Part shown: positions 11,501 through 21,368 of the stretch, one piece after another | How positions within the stretch are numbered: the stretch's first letter is position 1 | How the letters are laid out: each line of letters begins with the position of its first letter | DNA from: a virus | Virus record (IMG/VR): IMGVR_UViG_3300029324_000094 | Span: 1 to 64,000 of that record | Length of the DNA stretch: 64,000 nucleotides | Direction: 5' to 3' (one strand) | Notes under the pieces: model-generated | Told to the model about the DNA's origin: nothing | Database searches by the model: none | What the model saw: the letters and a program-made list of their open reading frames with translations, nothing else | Made by a program: the position numbers and the translations under genes

Positions 11501-13476
11501 TTTCCGGCACCCTTAATATTACCGACAGCTCTTTTGAACCCGTTTGCAATCTTCGTGGCTCGGCTCATCGCAGCAGCAGCACGTTTAGCTTCTTCAGCTC
11601 CCATTTCAGCCTTTACACGCGTCCGCATCTGCCTATCATACTGCTTCTTTGCGGCTGTAACCCTTTCCAGTTCAAGAGCGACTCTATCGTACTCTGAATC
11701 TCCCTGTCCATATCCTTGAGTTCCAAGGTCTGAAAGATTTTGCTTCAACTGTTTTATTTTGTACTCAAGTGTATTAATTCCCTCTTGTGCAGTCTTCGTG
11801 TCAATAGATAACTCAGATTTCGCAACATCACGCATTTCTTTATCGTACTGCTTCTTTGCGGCTGTAACCTCTGCTAACTCTCTTGCAACAGCATCATATT
11901 CCGGGTCGTATTCTGCAAATCCCTTAGACGCTAATTCTCCAAGGGTTTCCTTTAATCGCTTTATTTGCTCATTGAATGTATTTACTGTGCGGGTATTCAT
12001 TGAAGAGCCTAAGTCATTCAGTGTTCTACCTGCTTCCGATGCATTAACTCCAAGTCCTTTAACTGCATCGCCGAAACTTCTATACTGCGCAGCTTCTTCA
12101 CCGAAGACCGCTTTCACTGCCTCTGGGTTATATCCAACAGATTCTGCGGAAACGGGATGTCCTTTTTGCTCGGTCGGTGCAGTAGCCGGTGTTGATGTCT
12201 CACGTGTAATAGTAAAATCTTTTTTACTTTCAGCATTTAACTTTCCAAGAGCCTCAGTCGCTGCATAGATGGCATTTTCATACTGATTCATTTGCATAAT
12301 TTTTTTGTACCAGTCTTTTCCACCTAGTGTGTCTGTACCCTCCAGGGTAACCATATCGCTTACTGCTTGCTTGACACGGGTATACGCACGTTCATATTTT
12401 GAAATTTCACCCTGAAGCTCAATCGCTCCCATAGATGAAAAATCCGTTGTCACCATAGAATCCTTGAATTTCTTATTGAGATTATCAAGCGATGCTGCCG
12501 GATACTTCAAGTCGCTTCTAGTAGCTTTCTGCTCGGCAGTTCTTCCAGTGCTGCGTTTGAGACTATTTGCAATCTCATTCGCCCTCTCAAGTCCAGACAA
12601 ATCCATCTGAGCACCGAACAACTCAGCAAGAGACTTTCCAGTATCTTCAACTCCCTTAACAGATTTTGAAAGCTGGCTGGACTCTTCTTTTGCAGCTTTA
12701 ATGCCGGTTGCGAGATTATTTACGCCCTCAATTACACTGTCATAAGCGGAATCTTCAAATCCCTTTGGTTTTTCATAGCCTTTGGAAGTGTCATAAAAAT
12801 GCTTCATGGCATTGTCAAGCTGAGCAAACTGATCCTCAACACTTCCAGTTTCTTTCAAGATACTTGGAAACTGGCTTTGCAGTGCTGAGTAATACTCATC
12901 CATAGGCGTTCCGCTGCCTGTTGACATTTTCTGTTTTAATATCGGAGAACGCTCCTTATAGCTATCTCCAATGGATTTCGCAGTTTCAGGGTTCAACTTA
13001 ATCTTCCCTGACTTATTAATCCACTCATAGAGCCTTCTATATTCGTCAGCCGTCTCTTTTGCGATAGAACCGTTCTTCGCAGTAAGATTTCCCAACTCTT
13101 CAATATCTTCCGCAAAGCCTTTGTAAGGATTGCCGGAATTTGCCGCAAGCCCCTTGGCGATTTTTTTCGTAAGGGATTTTACCTGATTCTGAACGTCTGC
13201 ACCCGCAAGATTTAGATTGAAATTCCTTATGAGATCATTTGCTAAATCCCTGCCAAGTTTTTTGGCGGACGCTTTCATGGCATCACCGGAAAGCAGTTTA
13301 TCAAAATCAACGTTTTTGAAAGAAAATCCACCTTGAGCCATAATCATGACCTTTTCAAGTGAATTTGCTACTTTTTCAAGTTTTTTATATAAGGCTCCTA
13401 ATGCTCGAGTGGCACGACTCGCCTCTGTCTCAACGACTATTTCAAGTCTGTCAATTTCATTTTCCACTGCTCTCAC
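8596..13476 (-). CDS. Tail tape measure protein with C-terminal lytic transglycosylase (SLT) domain
   Basis: 1626 aa, coiled-coil rich, with an internal tandem repeat ([23 protein letters not shown] / [23 protein letters not shown]). SLT motif [29 protein letters not shown]. Confidence 0.9.
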   Translation of the reverse strand: [1626 protein letters not shown]

Positions 13477-13860
13477 CTCGAGTCCGTATTGTTTGTCCTA
13501 TTCGCCCATGCTGCGAAATTAGCTGCTGCTATTTGCGTATTTTGGTCAATGATCTCTTCCAGTTCTTCCTCTGTCAGCTCCTCCGAATATTCATTTCCAA
13601 CAATCATATGCTTTTCAGGGTATGATGCTTTTTTAGACAAGACACATCCAATCGCTTTCAGTACATAGAGTCCATTCATCCATGCAGATATATCCTGCAT
13701 TACAGCCACTTCACGCTCACGATCTTCCTGCTGTTCCTTGTAGATGTTCAACGCTCTCGGAGTCATATTCCAAAATTCCGAGTAGCCAATTCCACATCTA
13801 GCTGCTATTGGCAGCCAATACTCATAAATGAACTGCGTATAGCTTTCCGCTTTAATTAAT
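13473..13860 (-). CDS. Tail assembly chaperone GT extension, reached by a -1 frameshift from the upstream G gene
   Basis: The -1 frame stays open across the G stop codon (13856-13858) for more than 20 codons upstream. The first in-frame ATG is only at 13766. Confidence 0.45.
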
Positions 13861-14221
13861 CTTCCTCTGTTTCCTCGTCTGCTACTTTCTTTGACTTCGT
13901 AGCTTTCTTCGGAGTCTCCTGCTCGTCCTGAGTCATTCCGAGCATTTTTTGGAAAAAATCAGATTCTGACACTGCCTCCGCAAAAGCATTTGTGATATCA
14001 ACAATGTTTCCACCGCCAAGTACGTGCTGAGTAATCAGTCTCTCAGCTTCCTCACGATCGCAGTCTGCCGCCACACAAGTAAATCCCATTGCGATAAGTA
14101 AGAGCTGTTTCTTACGGAACGCATCAATGATTGAGAATCCCTGTTCCTCCATCTTTGCGTATTCTCCAAACTGCATTTCTTTTACTCTGTATTCTTTTCT
14201 GTTGATCGTTACCTTTACCAT
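13856..14221 (-). CDS. Tail assembly chaperone (gpG-like)
   Basis: About 121 aa (MVKVTINRKEY...) with an acidic C-terminus, lying between the major tail and tape measure genes. Confidence 0.5.
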   Translation of the reverse strand: MVKVTINRKEYRVKEMQFGEYAKMEEQGFSIIDAFRKKQLLLIAMGFTCVAADCDREEAERLITQHVLGGGNIVDITNAFAEAVSESDFFQKMLGMTQDEQETPKKATKSKKVADEETEED

Positions 14222-14541
14222 TTTTAACTCTCCTATTGACACTCCCCACAGATAAAGCATGGGAATTCTTGCTTCAACCACTACTGCATTGGCTGATACC
14301 ATTCGGTATCTCAATGTCTTACACAGTGTCCACAAGCTAGATTATACTGTTCCCGTATGCCCTGCGGTGCAGTTCATATGTTCTATTGTTTTACGTTTAC
14401 TATGCTGACTGCATTTGCAGTCCTTTATTCAGTCTTATATCCCCATAGCTAAAGCAGGGGGCTTTACGACACACTGGATAAAAAATAAGAGCCGCCACCA
14501 GGCGGCTCTAGCAAATTCCAATGTTAAACAGTATCAGCATA

Positions 14542-14979
14542 TTAAGATGCGAATGCTGTGGCTGCCGCTTCTGATTCGATCGCAGAGTCTCTTACAATCG
14601 TAATGGTCATTTCACGTGCAGCGTTTACATCACCGCTGTTGACCTTTACGCTCAGAACTCCTGTCCAAGAGAACTGACCATCTTTACCATCAGCACCGAA
14701 ATCCAGCTCAAACACCTGCTTCTTACCAGCTTTTGCGAGAACTGCCTTATGTGTTTCTTTCGTGTAGTTCGCTGTGAACTGCATATCGTCTGCACTGCGA
14801 ACTCCTGGAATAGACGCTTCATCCTCATCGTCCAAATCGGTTACTGTAATTTTCTCAGGATCTCCACCGAGATCAGGGTAGTTCTTAATAGGACACAGCT
14901 TTGCAACCGTTGCACCAGTGTCACCACATTTCAGAACTGTATTAATCGTACTTAATGCTTTTACTTCTGCGTTTGCCAT
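14542..14979 (-). CDS. Major tail protein (TP901-1/phi13-like)
   Basis: Starts MANAEVKAL behind an AAAGGAAG RBS; about 145 aa; sits upstream of the chaperone pair. Confidence 0.65.
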   Translation of the reverse strand: MANAEVKALSTINTVLKCGDTGATVAKLCPIKNYPDLGGDPEKITVTDLDDEDEASIPGVRSADDMQFTANYTKETHKAVLAKAGKKQVFELDFGADGKDGQFSWTGVLSVKVNSGDVNAAREMTITIVRDSAIESEAAATAFAS

Positions 14980-15065
14980 TTCTTCTTCCTTTCTACCGCC
15001 AACTATTGCGGTCAGCGAATGTCTCCTAGCGACATCCGGTATAATACACATTAGAATAGGAAGCT

Positions 15066-15488
15066 TTACGCTCCCTTAGTTTCAAATTTCTTTATTTCAT
15101 CTACCGATGCAACAAGCCTGTTAAATCTCGCCACCGTACGATAAATGTTTGTGTCTGATACATTTTCAACGGGTTTTGGACCGTATGACCGAGCATACCC
15201 CATCTTTCTCATAGCATCACAACATTGATTTATGATATTTTTTGATTCGGTAATGTTCTTATTGGAATAGCACTGAATTTCCATCACCGATTTTACAGCA
15301 TTCTCTGAATTATCAAGATCCATGCAAGCATCCGTATTGTCAATTTGCACGACTGACACTGCCGGAAATGCCGGAGGTGACTTGCTGGAATAATTGGATA
15401 CATTTTTACAGGTTTCTGCCACATATGTTTTTATGTTGGTCAGAACCCTATTAGATGCGTCAATCACTTCCAAACACCTCCTTTGCAA
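15066..15488 (-). CDS. Tail terminator / neck protein (position-based)
   Basis: 140 aa between the tail-completion and major tail genes. Confidence 0.3.
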   Translation of the reverse strand: MQRRCLEVIDASNRVLTNIKTYVAETCKNVSNYSSKSPPAFPAVSVVQIDNTDACMDLDNSENAVKSVMEIQCYSNKNITESKNIINQCCDAMRKMGYARSYGPKPVENVSDTNIYRTVARFNRLVASVDEIKKFETKGA

Positions 15489-15966
15489 TACTGCTTATCA
15501 CACCCATATTCCTTAACTGCTGTCCAGTCTCATACATGAATGGACGGGAAATCATACCGTTTGTCCAGTGCCATTCTCCGTCTTTAAAGTAGTACCAGCC
15601 GGCTTCGCCATGATTATTCACGTCATACTTCCATCCTGCAATGGACTTGTTAGGGTGAGGTGTTTTCTCTCCCATCACTCCTGTTCCAAACTCAACATAT
15701 GCAGCCCACGGGCAATCAGTATAAATAACATATGTAGCACCATTGTAGATGATATCTCCCTGCTCAAGTTTCAGGCTGTTTAAAAGCTCTCCCGTGTAAA
15801 TAGCATCCTTACCTGATATTTTTATACGAGCAATCGCTATGCCTTCTTCCGCAAGCCTGTAAGCGAACTCTTCACATTTCTCCTGTATCCGGTTGTTGTA
15901 TAGCCGAACTTTTCGACCAAGCTCTCTGAAATCTTTCGCTGACAGTCCCACTGTGTACTTAGGCAT
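15460..15966 (-). CDS. Tail completion protein (HK97 gp10-like, position-based)
   Basis: 168 aa in the neck module. Confidence 0.3.
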   Translation of the reverse strand: MPKYTVGLSAKDFRELGRKVRLYNNRIQEKCEEFAYRLAEEGIAIARIKISGKDAIYTGELLNSLKLEQGDIIYNGATYVIYTDCPWAAYVEFGTGVMGEKTPHPNKSIAGWKYDVNNHGEAGWYYFKDGEWHWTNGMISRPFMYETGQQLRNMGVISSIAKEVFGSD

Positions 15967-16354
15967 TCTTTTTCCTCACTTTCAGTGCGACGACGACACC
16001 ACTCAAGCCGTCTGCAATGCCAGCAACAGTGTAGTCCGCCGTTTTATCGTCAATAGTGCCATCCGCATTCACAGTCGGTTTGTTTTTCCAAATAAGAGAC
16101 TCCTCTGTAATCGGAAGATTTTCTACTGTGGACAACGTTCTTGTATAGTCAAGGTTCGTTCCAAACACATCTGCATACGCAGTTCCACGGCTTGCTGACA
16201 ATGAAGCATAAAAAGATACAGGAGAACTGTAACCACTGTCGCAATCTCCTGTATCGTCACCATTTTCATCCAAAATATGTACGTCTTTGACGTAATTTGC
16301 ATACCATAATTTCTGTGTATTTCTTTTCAAGTTTCTCAATACGCTACCCTCCAC
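15959..16354 (-). CDS. Head closure / head-tail adaptor (SPP1 gp16-like)
   Basis: 131 aa in the neck module. Confidence 0.35.
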   Translation of the reverse strand: MEGSVLRNLKRNTQKLWYANYVKDVHILDENGDDTGDCDSGYSSPVSFYASLSASRGTAYADVFGTNLDYTRTLSTVENLPITEESLIWKNKPTVNADGTIDDKTADYTVAGIADGLSGVVVALKVRKKNA

Positions 16355-16467
16355 CTAAAATGCGTATATGTCCCTGCGACCTTTCCGGCAGTCACCGTAT
16401 TGGTCACGCACAATCTTCTGCAACTTAACCCTGTTGCCGGGAGATAATCGGATCACCTATACCTTTC

Positions 16468-16797
16468 TCAAACCACTGTGCATATAGCAACAACTCCTTC
16501 AAGGTACGTGCTTCGCTGAACCCATGTCCTAGTTCCAGTGTTATCATTATGAGAACTTTCCCCCTCAGCACCAATCTGATTATAGTCGTACAGTGCAAGA
16601 TTGCGAATATTGGAGTAATACCGCTCCATATCCTTTTCTATCATCTCATCGCTATATTCATCGGGATAACTTCTTATCCTCTTTACCTCTCGATAGGCAT
16701 TTTTGATCTTGGAATTAAGAGCCAACAAATCAGCACTTTCCGATATGCACAATTCCTCGATCAATTCTTCACTTATTTCATATACTAAGCTGTCCAT
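16468..16797 (-). CDS. Head-tail connector protein (gp6-like)
   Basis: 109 aa, acidic and helical, immediately after the capsid gene. Confidence 0.45.
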   Translation of the reverse strand: MDSLVYEISEELIEELCISESADLLALNSKIKNAYREVKRIRSYPDEYSDEMIEKDMERYYSNIRNLALYDYNQIGAEGESSHNDNTGTRTWVQRSTYLEGVVAICTVV

Positions 16798-16802
16798 GCA
16801 AT

Positions 16803-16982
16803 CACCTATTTCTTTGGTGGTCGTCCTGCCCTCTGTTTCTCATCTGCCGTTCCACTTCTTTTTGTCTCGGAATCAGTGGCTTTCTGAACCACCCGTTTCC
16901 ATCCACTTAACGCAAATGCGGAGGCCTGAATTTCAGACCCCACGCTCATCTTAACTCCATTTTTTTCAAATGTGATAATCAT
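16803..16982 (-). CDS. Small hypothetical protein (59 aa) downstream of the major capsid gene
   Basis: Reverse-strand ORF MIITFEKNGVKMSVGSEIQAS...; below the ORF-table size cutoff. Confidence 0.3.
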
Positions 16983-16995
16983 TATCTCTTACTCC

Positions 16996-17829
16996 TTAGT
17001 CTGCTGGGTTCTGGCAAACACCGATAGCATCTTTCTTCTGATTCAGAACAAAAGCATCGTAGCGAACACGTCCTTCTACGAGGCTACCAGAAATTCCCGG
17101 TGCATCCTCATGAATCTTGTACTCAGCAAGTTTAATTGGTGATGGCATAACCACTGGGTTAGTGATTACAAAGTTTGTTTTCTCAGGGAAGTAAGATGCA
17201 GGAGCTTTGATAATAAGAACTCCATCAACTTCACCTACAAGTCCCGTGATAGCAAGTTTTGTAGCCATATCGCCTTTCTTTGTAAATGCTTCGTCAAGTT
17301 TCAGCATATTGTAGTAACCCGGAGTTACGATACAAACTCTTCCGCCTGTCGGCACTTTAGCATTGTCAAGAATCTCCTGCACAGCAAGGAATTTCTCATA
17401 TGCGTTAGCTTTTGTCACAGCAACGTCTTTAACAACGTGTGATACCTCTGCTCCTGCAACCAGTTTTGCGATACGGTATGTATCAATCTCAGGAATAATA
17501 ACCTCGTCAATCTGACGTCTCAGCGCAGCAGCCGCAGCCATTGTTCCCATTGTGTCATCTTCACTCTTCTTGTCGATTGTGAATGTGAAGGCTCTGTCTT
17601 TGGAAAGAACCATCTCCTGAACTTCATTCTCAAGCTCTGCCGGTGTTCCGTATCTATTAGCACCCTCTGTTTTGTAATCTCCCATTGTTGCAGTCGGTAC
17701 AGAAAATACCTTTACCGTGGAAACTCCAACCCAGTCATATGCGTAGTTTACAAGCGCAGATGTAAGTGCACCAATTTTGAATCTTTCATCCACAATCTGT
17801 GAATACTTCTCAGCGTAATTAACAGCCAT
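16996..17829 (-). CDS. Major capsid protein
   Basis: 277 aa following the scaffold gene. Confidence 0.8.
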   Translation of the reverse strand: MAVNYAEKYSQIVDERFKIGALTSALVNYAYDWVGVSTVKVFSVPTATMGDYKTEGANRYGTPAELENEVQEMVLSKDRAFTFTIDKKSEDDTMGTMAAAAALRRQIDEVIIPEIDTYRIAKLVAGAEVSHVVKDVAVTKANAYEKFLAVQEILDNAKVPTGGRVCIVTPGYYNMLKLDEAFTKKGDMATKLAITGLVGEVDGVLIIKAPASYFPEKTNFVITNPVVMPSPIKLAEYKIHEDAPGISGSLVEGRVRYDAFVLNQKKDAIGVCQNPAD

Positions 17830-17899
17830 TTCTATTCTCCTTTTCTAACTTTTTGAAATCAGCGAACACATCTTTATGTGCCCGGTATATATAGGAAGA

Positions 17900-18433
17900 T
17901 TAACCGTTGAATCCTTTCAGGAATAAATCAGTCTCTTCATCTTCACCTTGTCCGGCATTTACTGGCGGTCTACTCTTGAGCCATTCTGTCTCAGCCTCTT
18001 TAATTGAAGCATCCTTGAATTTACTCATGTTCTCAGTAACTTTAACCATATCACCGTCAAGCTCTGCCTGTGCAGTATCCTTAGCCATGTCTCCTGACAT
18101 TCCAAGTGCAAGATAGCGATTTGTAGCATTTGTCATTTTGATGGTATCTTCCAGACCTTTGACGTACTTCTTATGTTCTTCTTCTGCTTCTCTTTTGGCT
18201 TCTTCTTCCTGCTCTTCTGCCGTCTGTTTAGCTTTTAACTGCTTTCTGTAGTTGGCAGCCTCCGAGGATGCCTTGTTGTAGTCATTCTGTAATTTCGCAC
18301 TATTGGCTCTTTCCTGAGCAAGCTGTGCCATCAGCTCTTCTACGGTAGGCTCTTTTTCATCTGTAGTAGCATTTGGCTCCTGATTCTGCTGCCCCTGTCC
18401 TTCAAGGTTTTTGTTGTCTTCCATAATTATCAT
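17900..18433 (-). CDS. Scaffolding protein
   Basis: 177 aa, acidic, coiled-coil and Q/E/K-rich, between the MuF and capsid genes. Confidence 0.7.
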   Translation of the reverse strand: MIIMEDNKNLEGQGQQNQEPNATTDEKEPTVEELMAQLAQERANSAKLQNDYNKASSEAANYRKQLKAKQTAEEQEEEAKREAEEEHKKYVKGLEDTIKMTNATNRYLALGMSGDMAKDTAQAELDGDMVKVTENMSKFKDASIKEAETEWLKSRPPVNAGQGEDEETDLFLKGFNG

Positions 18434-18511
18434 GTTCCTTTCTTTCGCGTTTAGAGTTCTCTCTCATCAGTTACATTTCGCGATTATAGTCTTCTCTGAC
18501 TTTCGCGTTTG

Positions 18512-18545
18512 TTAAGGCACTTCTCTGTGCCATATAAAAAACAGC
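18512..18545 (-). terminator. Rho-independent terminator between the MuF and scaffold genes
   Basis: Minus-strand ACAGTCACA-AAAA-TGTGGCTGT followed by UUUUUU. Confidence 0.5.
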
Positions 18546-18567
18546 CACATTTTTGTGACTGTAATTT

Positions 18568-19221
18568 CTAAAAATAAATAACTGTGCATCTGCAATTTAC
18601 CACTTGATTCAGACTAGGATTCATCGACATGTCTTTTGGGAATAACATCCATGAATCCCCAACATGAAAAGCCTGTCCTATCGGGATATATTTGCCATTA
18701 ATATCTCGATGATCCCCCCTTGTCACCTCATCCATAATCGACTCCCATCGTTTCATGGTTCGCCCGGAATTAACGGCCTCCATATATCTTGTATGATTGG
18801 TAGCTGTATTGACTTCATTTTCAGCCATATATTTTGCCCTGTCTAATGAGTAGTAATAAGGCTGATCCTTGTGTTTCCTAGTGCTATCAATAACATCATA
18901 GGAAAAACCTTTGATATAGGTAGAAAGATATTTGTCAACGTCCGTATATTTCCGTAAAGTTTCCAAATAAGAATCTTCAATTTGCTTACGAACAATCTCG
19001 TAATGGATTTTCCCTGCCTGAGTCATTGTAAATAATAAGGTCATAGTTACAATGAAATTATCTTCAAGCTCTTGTGCAATCTTGATTCTTTCGGCCTTGT
19101 CATCTTCCGTAAGATTCATTTCTCCGAAATACTGTTCAAAAGGCATACTTCGTTTATTTTGGACAAGAGCGTTTAATTCATCAAATCTAAGATTCTTGAA
19201 CATCGTCACCACCGCCATCAT
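18568..19221 (-). CDS. Head morphogenesis protein (Mu F / SPP1 gp7-like)
   Basis: 217 aa; C-terminal NVVNCRCTVIY is the typical Phage_Mu_F motif. Confidence 0.75.
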   Translation of the reverse strand: MMAVVTMFKNLRFDELNALVQNKRSMPFEQYFGEMNLTEDDKAERIKIAQELEDNFIVTMTLLFTMTQAGKIHYEIVRKQIEDSYLETLRKYTDVDKYLSTYIKGFSYDVIDSTRKHKDQPYYYSLDRAKYMAENEVNTATNHTRYMEAVNSGRTMKRWESIMDEVTRGDHRDINGKYIPIGQAFHVGDSWMLFPKDMSMNPSLNQVVNCRCTVIYF

Positions 19222-20779
19222 TGGTACTCATTCCGTCTAAAATCGGTGAATTGCCCGTTTGATCGGACAGGTCAGCCATCTCCCTTTTCTGTGGTTGCTG
19301 CTGAGTATCTTTCTTTATAAGCGATTCCTGATACTGTTCAATCGTTTTTCGACTGTCAGCCCACGCCTGTGCCACATCCGGGAATAAATCAACCTGCTCC
19401 ATAGCGACACGTCCATGCACTCCGGCATTAATCATTGCAACCATTGAATTAACCTTTGTGGCAAGATCATATGTCTTATTTCTGATAAACTTCGGTTTCA
19501 CATCAGAAAATTTCAAATTCCGCAACGGACTGTCATATGGTATATCGTTTGTTTTTTGAATTGCAATCAGTTCAAGTTCTACAATCTCCGCTTTTCCTCG
19601 GCGTAAAATCTGTTCTTCCTTGCAAGCACTGTTTTCAGCAGCACTCCAACCAGAAGACATATTCATTGCAGATCCAGTAGAGCCGCCACCGGGATCTGTC
19701 TGAATTGGGACGTAAGCCTTTTGTAAAATCATGTTACGCTTGCTTACGATATTTTCTTGCACGCCCTGATAATCAAATGTGCTTGAAACAGCCTTTAACA
19801 TTGGCGTTCCACCATTCCCACTCTGCGGTGCGATAATCCATTGCCCTCCAATAGGAGACTGAGTTTTACCATCACTATCTTTCGGCAAGTCGAATCCTGT
19901 ACCAAAAAATACTTCCTGAGTTGTCTGTGCTACGCTGTTGGCGAAATCAGACACCTCTACGTTCAGTGCGTTCATATCAGAAATCTGCCGTTCAAAGCAT
20001 CCCATTCTGTCCGTTGCCCGGTTAAACTCCACAATCGGGATCTTGCCGAACGGATTTGCCTCTCCGCTTCTCCCCATAAATGACCACGGATTTTCAGGCT
20101 TATTTCCATTTATAATTTCTCGCATATCTTTAATCTCATAGCGAGTATCCGGCGTGAACACTGTATAGTACACCGTTCCGTCCTTCGTCCTGCGGAAAGT
20201 AACACCAGCAATCTTTTCTTGTAACGCTGAATTTCTGTAGATGCAGAACGTAAACAAGGGATTTAGCGTTGCAAGATCAAATGGAGCTAAACCATCATAA
20301 ACCTTTTTGATATCAACGAACTGATAACCAATTCCGTTAATTTCAACAAATCTGCCAAGCTCCTGATCTTTTGAAAAAGCATATTCTGAATCATTCAGCT
20401 CATTCAACATGGAAATCGCATCATCCTGTGAATCATTCTGTTTATCTGTAGATTTGCTCAAATCCTTATTTCCACGTTGCACATAGGTGATTGGCTGCCC
20501 CCAAACATATCCGAGCTTAAACTCGGTAATTTGGTTTGCGAGATTATCTTGTACTCTAATATCAACGTCCTTACGGATCGTTTTCTTTCTCACAAGTGGC
20601 TGAATACCTTTTTCGTACCGCATCAAGGTAACCATATTGTTTGCATTTTCCATGTGGACAAGCATCGCTTCTTCCAACACCTGAAAGATATTTTCTTTTG
20701 TAATCTTTTCCACATCCGTATAAATCCGGCGTCTGCCAGTTAATTCAGGATATACATATGCTTTATTGTCCTCGGACAC
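19187..20779 (-). CDS. Portal protein (SPP1 gp6-like)
   Basis: 530 aa, directly downstream of the terminase region and upstream of MuF. Confidence 0.8.
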   Translation of the reverse strand: MSEDNKAYVYPELTGRRRIYTDVEKITKENIFQVLEEAMLVHMENANNMVTLMRYEKGIQPLVRKKTIRKDVDIRVQDNLANQITEFKLGYVWGQPITYVQRGNKDLSKSTDKQNDSQDDAISMLNELNDSEYAFSKDQELGRFVEINGIGYQFVDIKKVYDGLAPFDLATLNPLFTFCIYRNSALQEKIAGVTFRRTKDGTVYYTVFTPDTRYEIKDMREIINGNKPENPWSFMGRSGEANPFGKIPIVEFNRATDRMGCFERQISDMNALNVEVSDFANSVAQTTQEVFFGTGFDLPKDSDGKTQSPIGGQWIIAPQSGNGGTPMLKAVSSTFDYQGVQENIVSKRNMILQKAYVPIQTDPGGGSTGSAMNMSSGWSAAENSACKEEQILRRGKAEIVELELIAIQKTNDIPYDSPLRNLKFSDVKPKFIRNKTYDLATKVNSMVAMINAGVHGRVAMEQVDLFPDVAQAWADSRKTIEQYQESLIKKDTQQQPQKREMADLSDQTGNSPILDGMSTNDGGGDDVQES

Positions 20780-20919
20780 CGAATCTCACCTACCTTTGTG
20801 TAAAAAAGAAAGAGCCTCACGTGATGACGCCACGCAAGACTCAATCCTTGAAAAAATGAACGAATTACAATTTCTTCGATTATAAGTATAGCACTCTTAA
20901 TTGTGAATTGTGTGAAACC

Positions 20920-21354
20920 TTATCGGGAAACATATTTTGACAACCTCTTTGATACAGTAGAACGCTCCATACACATTATTTCTGCAATCTCCTGTTGACA
21001 CAACCCGTCCTTTGTGTACTCAAGAATCGCCTTGTCCTCGACGTCTTTGCAATTTGCTATCACATTGTCAATCGCAAGTTCCAGCTCATTCAGATACCGA
21101 ATGTCTGATTGGATCTGCTCTTCAATTATTCGGCAATCTTCTTCCCATTTCTTCATCTGCTGCCGCTCATACTCCGCACACCCAGTAATAGTAAATCCTC
21201 TTGTTTCATACGGGAACTGCGGATTTGACCCATAAACCTTTCCTGAATAATAAGATGGACGCTTTTCTATGTACCGTTCAAGCTTTTTCTTATCCTTTTC
21301 AAGAAGGATTCCAAGTAACTTATAATTTGCGATATCTCTTCTCGTAATTTCCAT
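20920..21354 (-). CDS. Sigma-70 region-4-like HTH protein (RinA/ArpU-like late regulator?) between terminase and portal
   Basis: C-terminal DKAILEYTKDGLCQQEIAEIMCMERSTVSKRLSKYV resembles sigma-70 region 4. Confidence 0.4.
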   Translation of the reverse strand: MEITRRDIANYKLLGILLEKDKKKLERYIEKRPSYYSGKVYGSNPQFPYETRGFTITGCAEYERQQMKKWEEDCRIIEEQIQSDIRYLNELELAIDNVIANCKDVEDKAILEYTKDGLCQQEIAEIMCMERSTVSKRLSKYVSR

Positions 21355-21368
21355 TCTCTGTATCCTCC

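Noticed and set aside
9640-12268. Plus-strand ORFs inside the tape-measure gene (for example 9640..10185, 11273..11719, 11759..12268)
   Set aside because: Antisense to a 1626-aa gene with clear TMP and SLT features. Their repeated RISLSYCFFAAVT segments only mirror the TMP internal tandem repeat.
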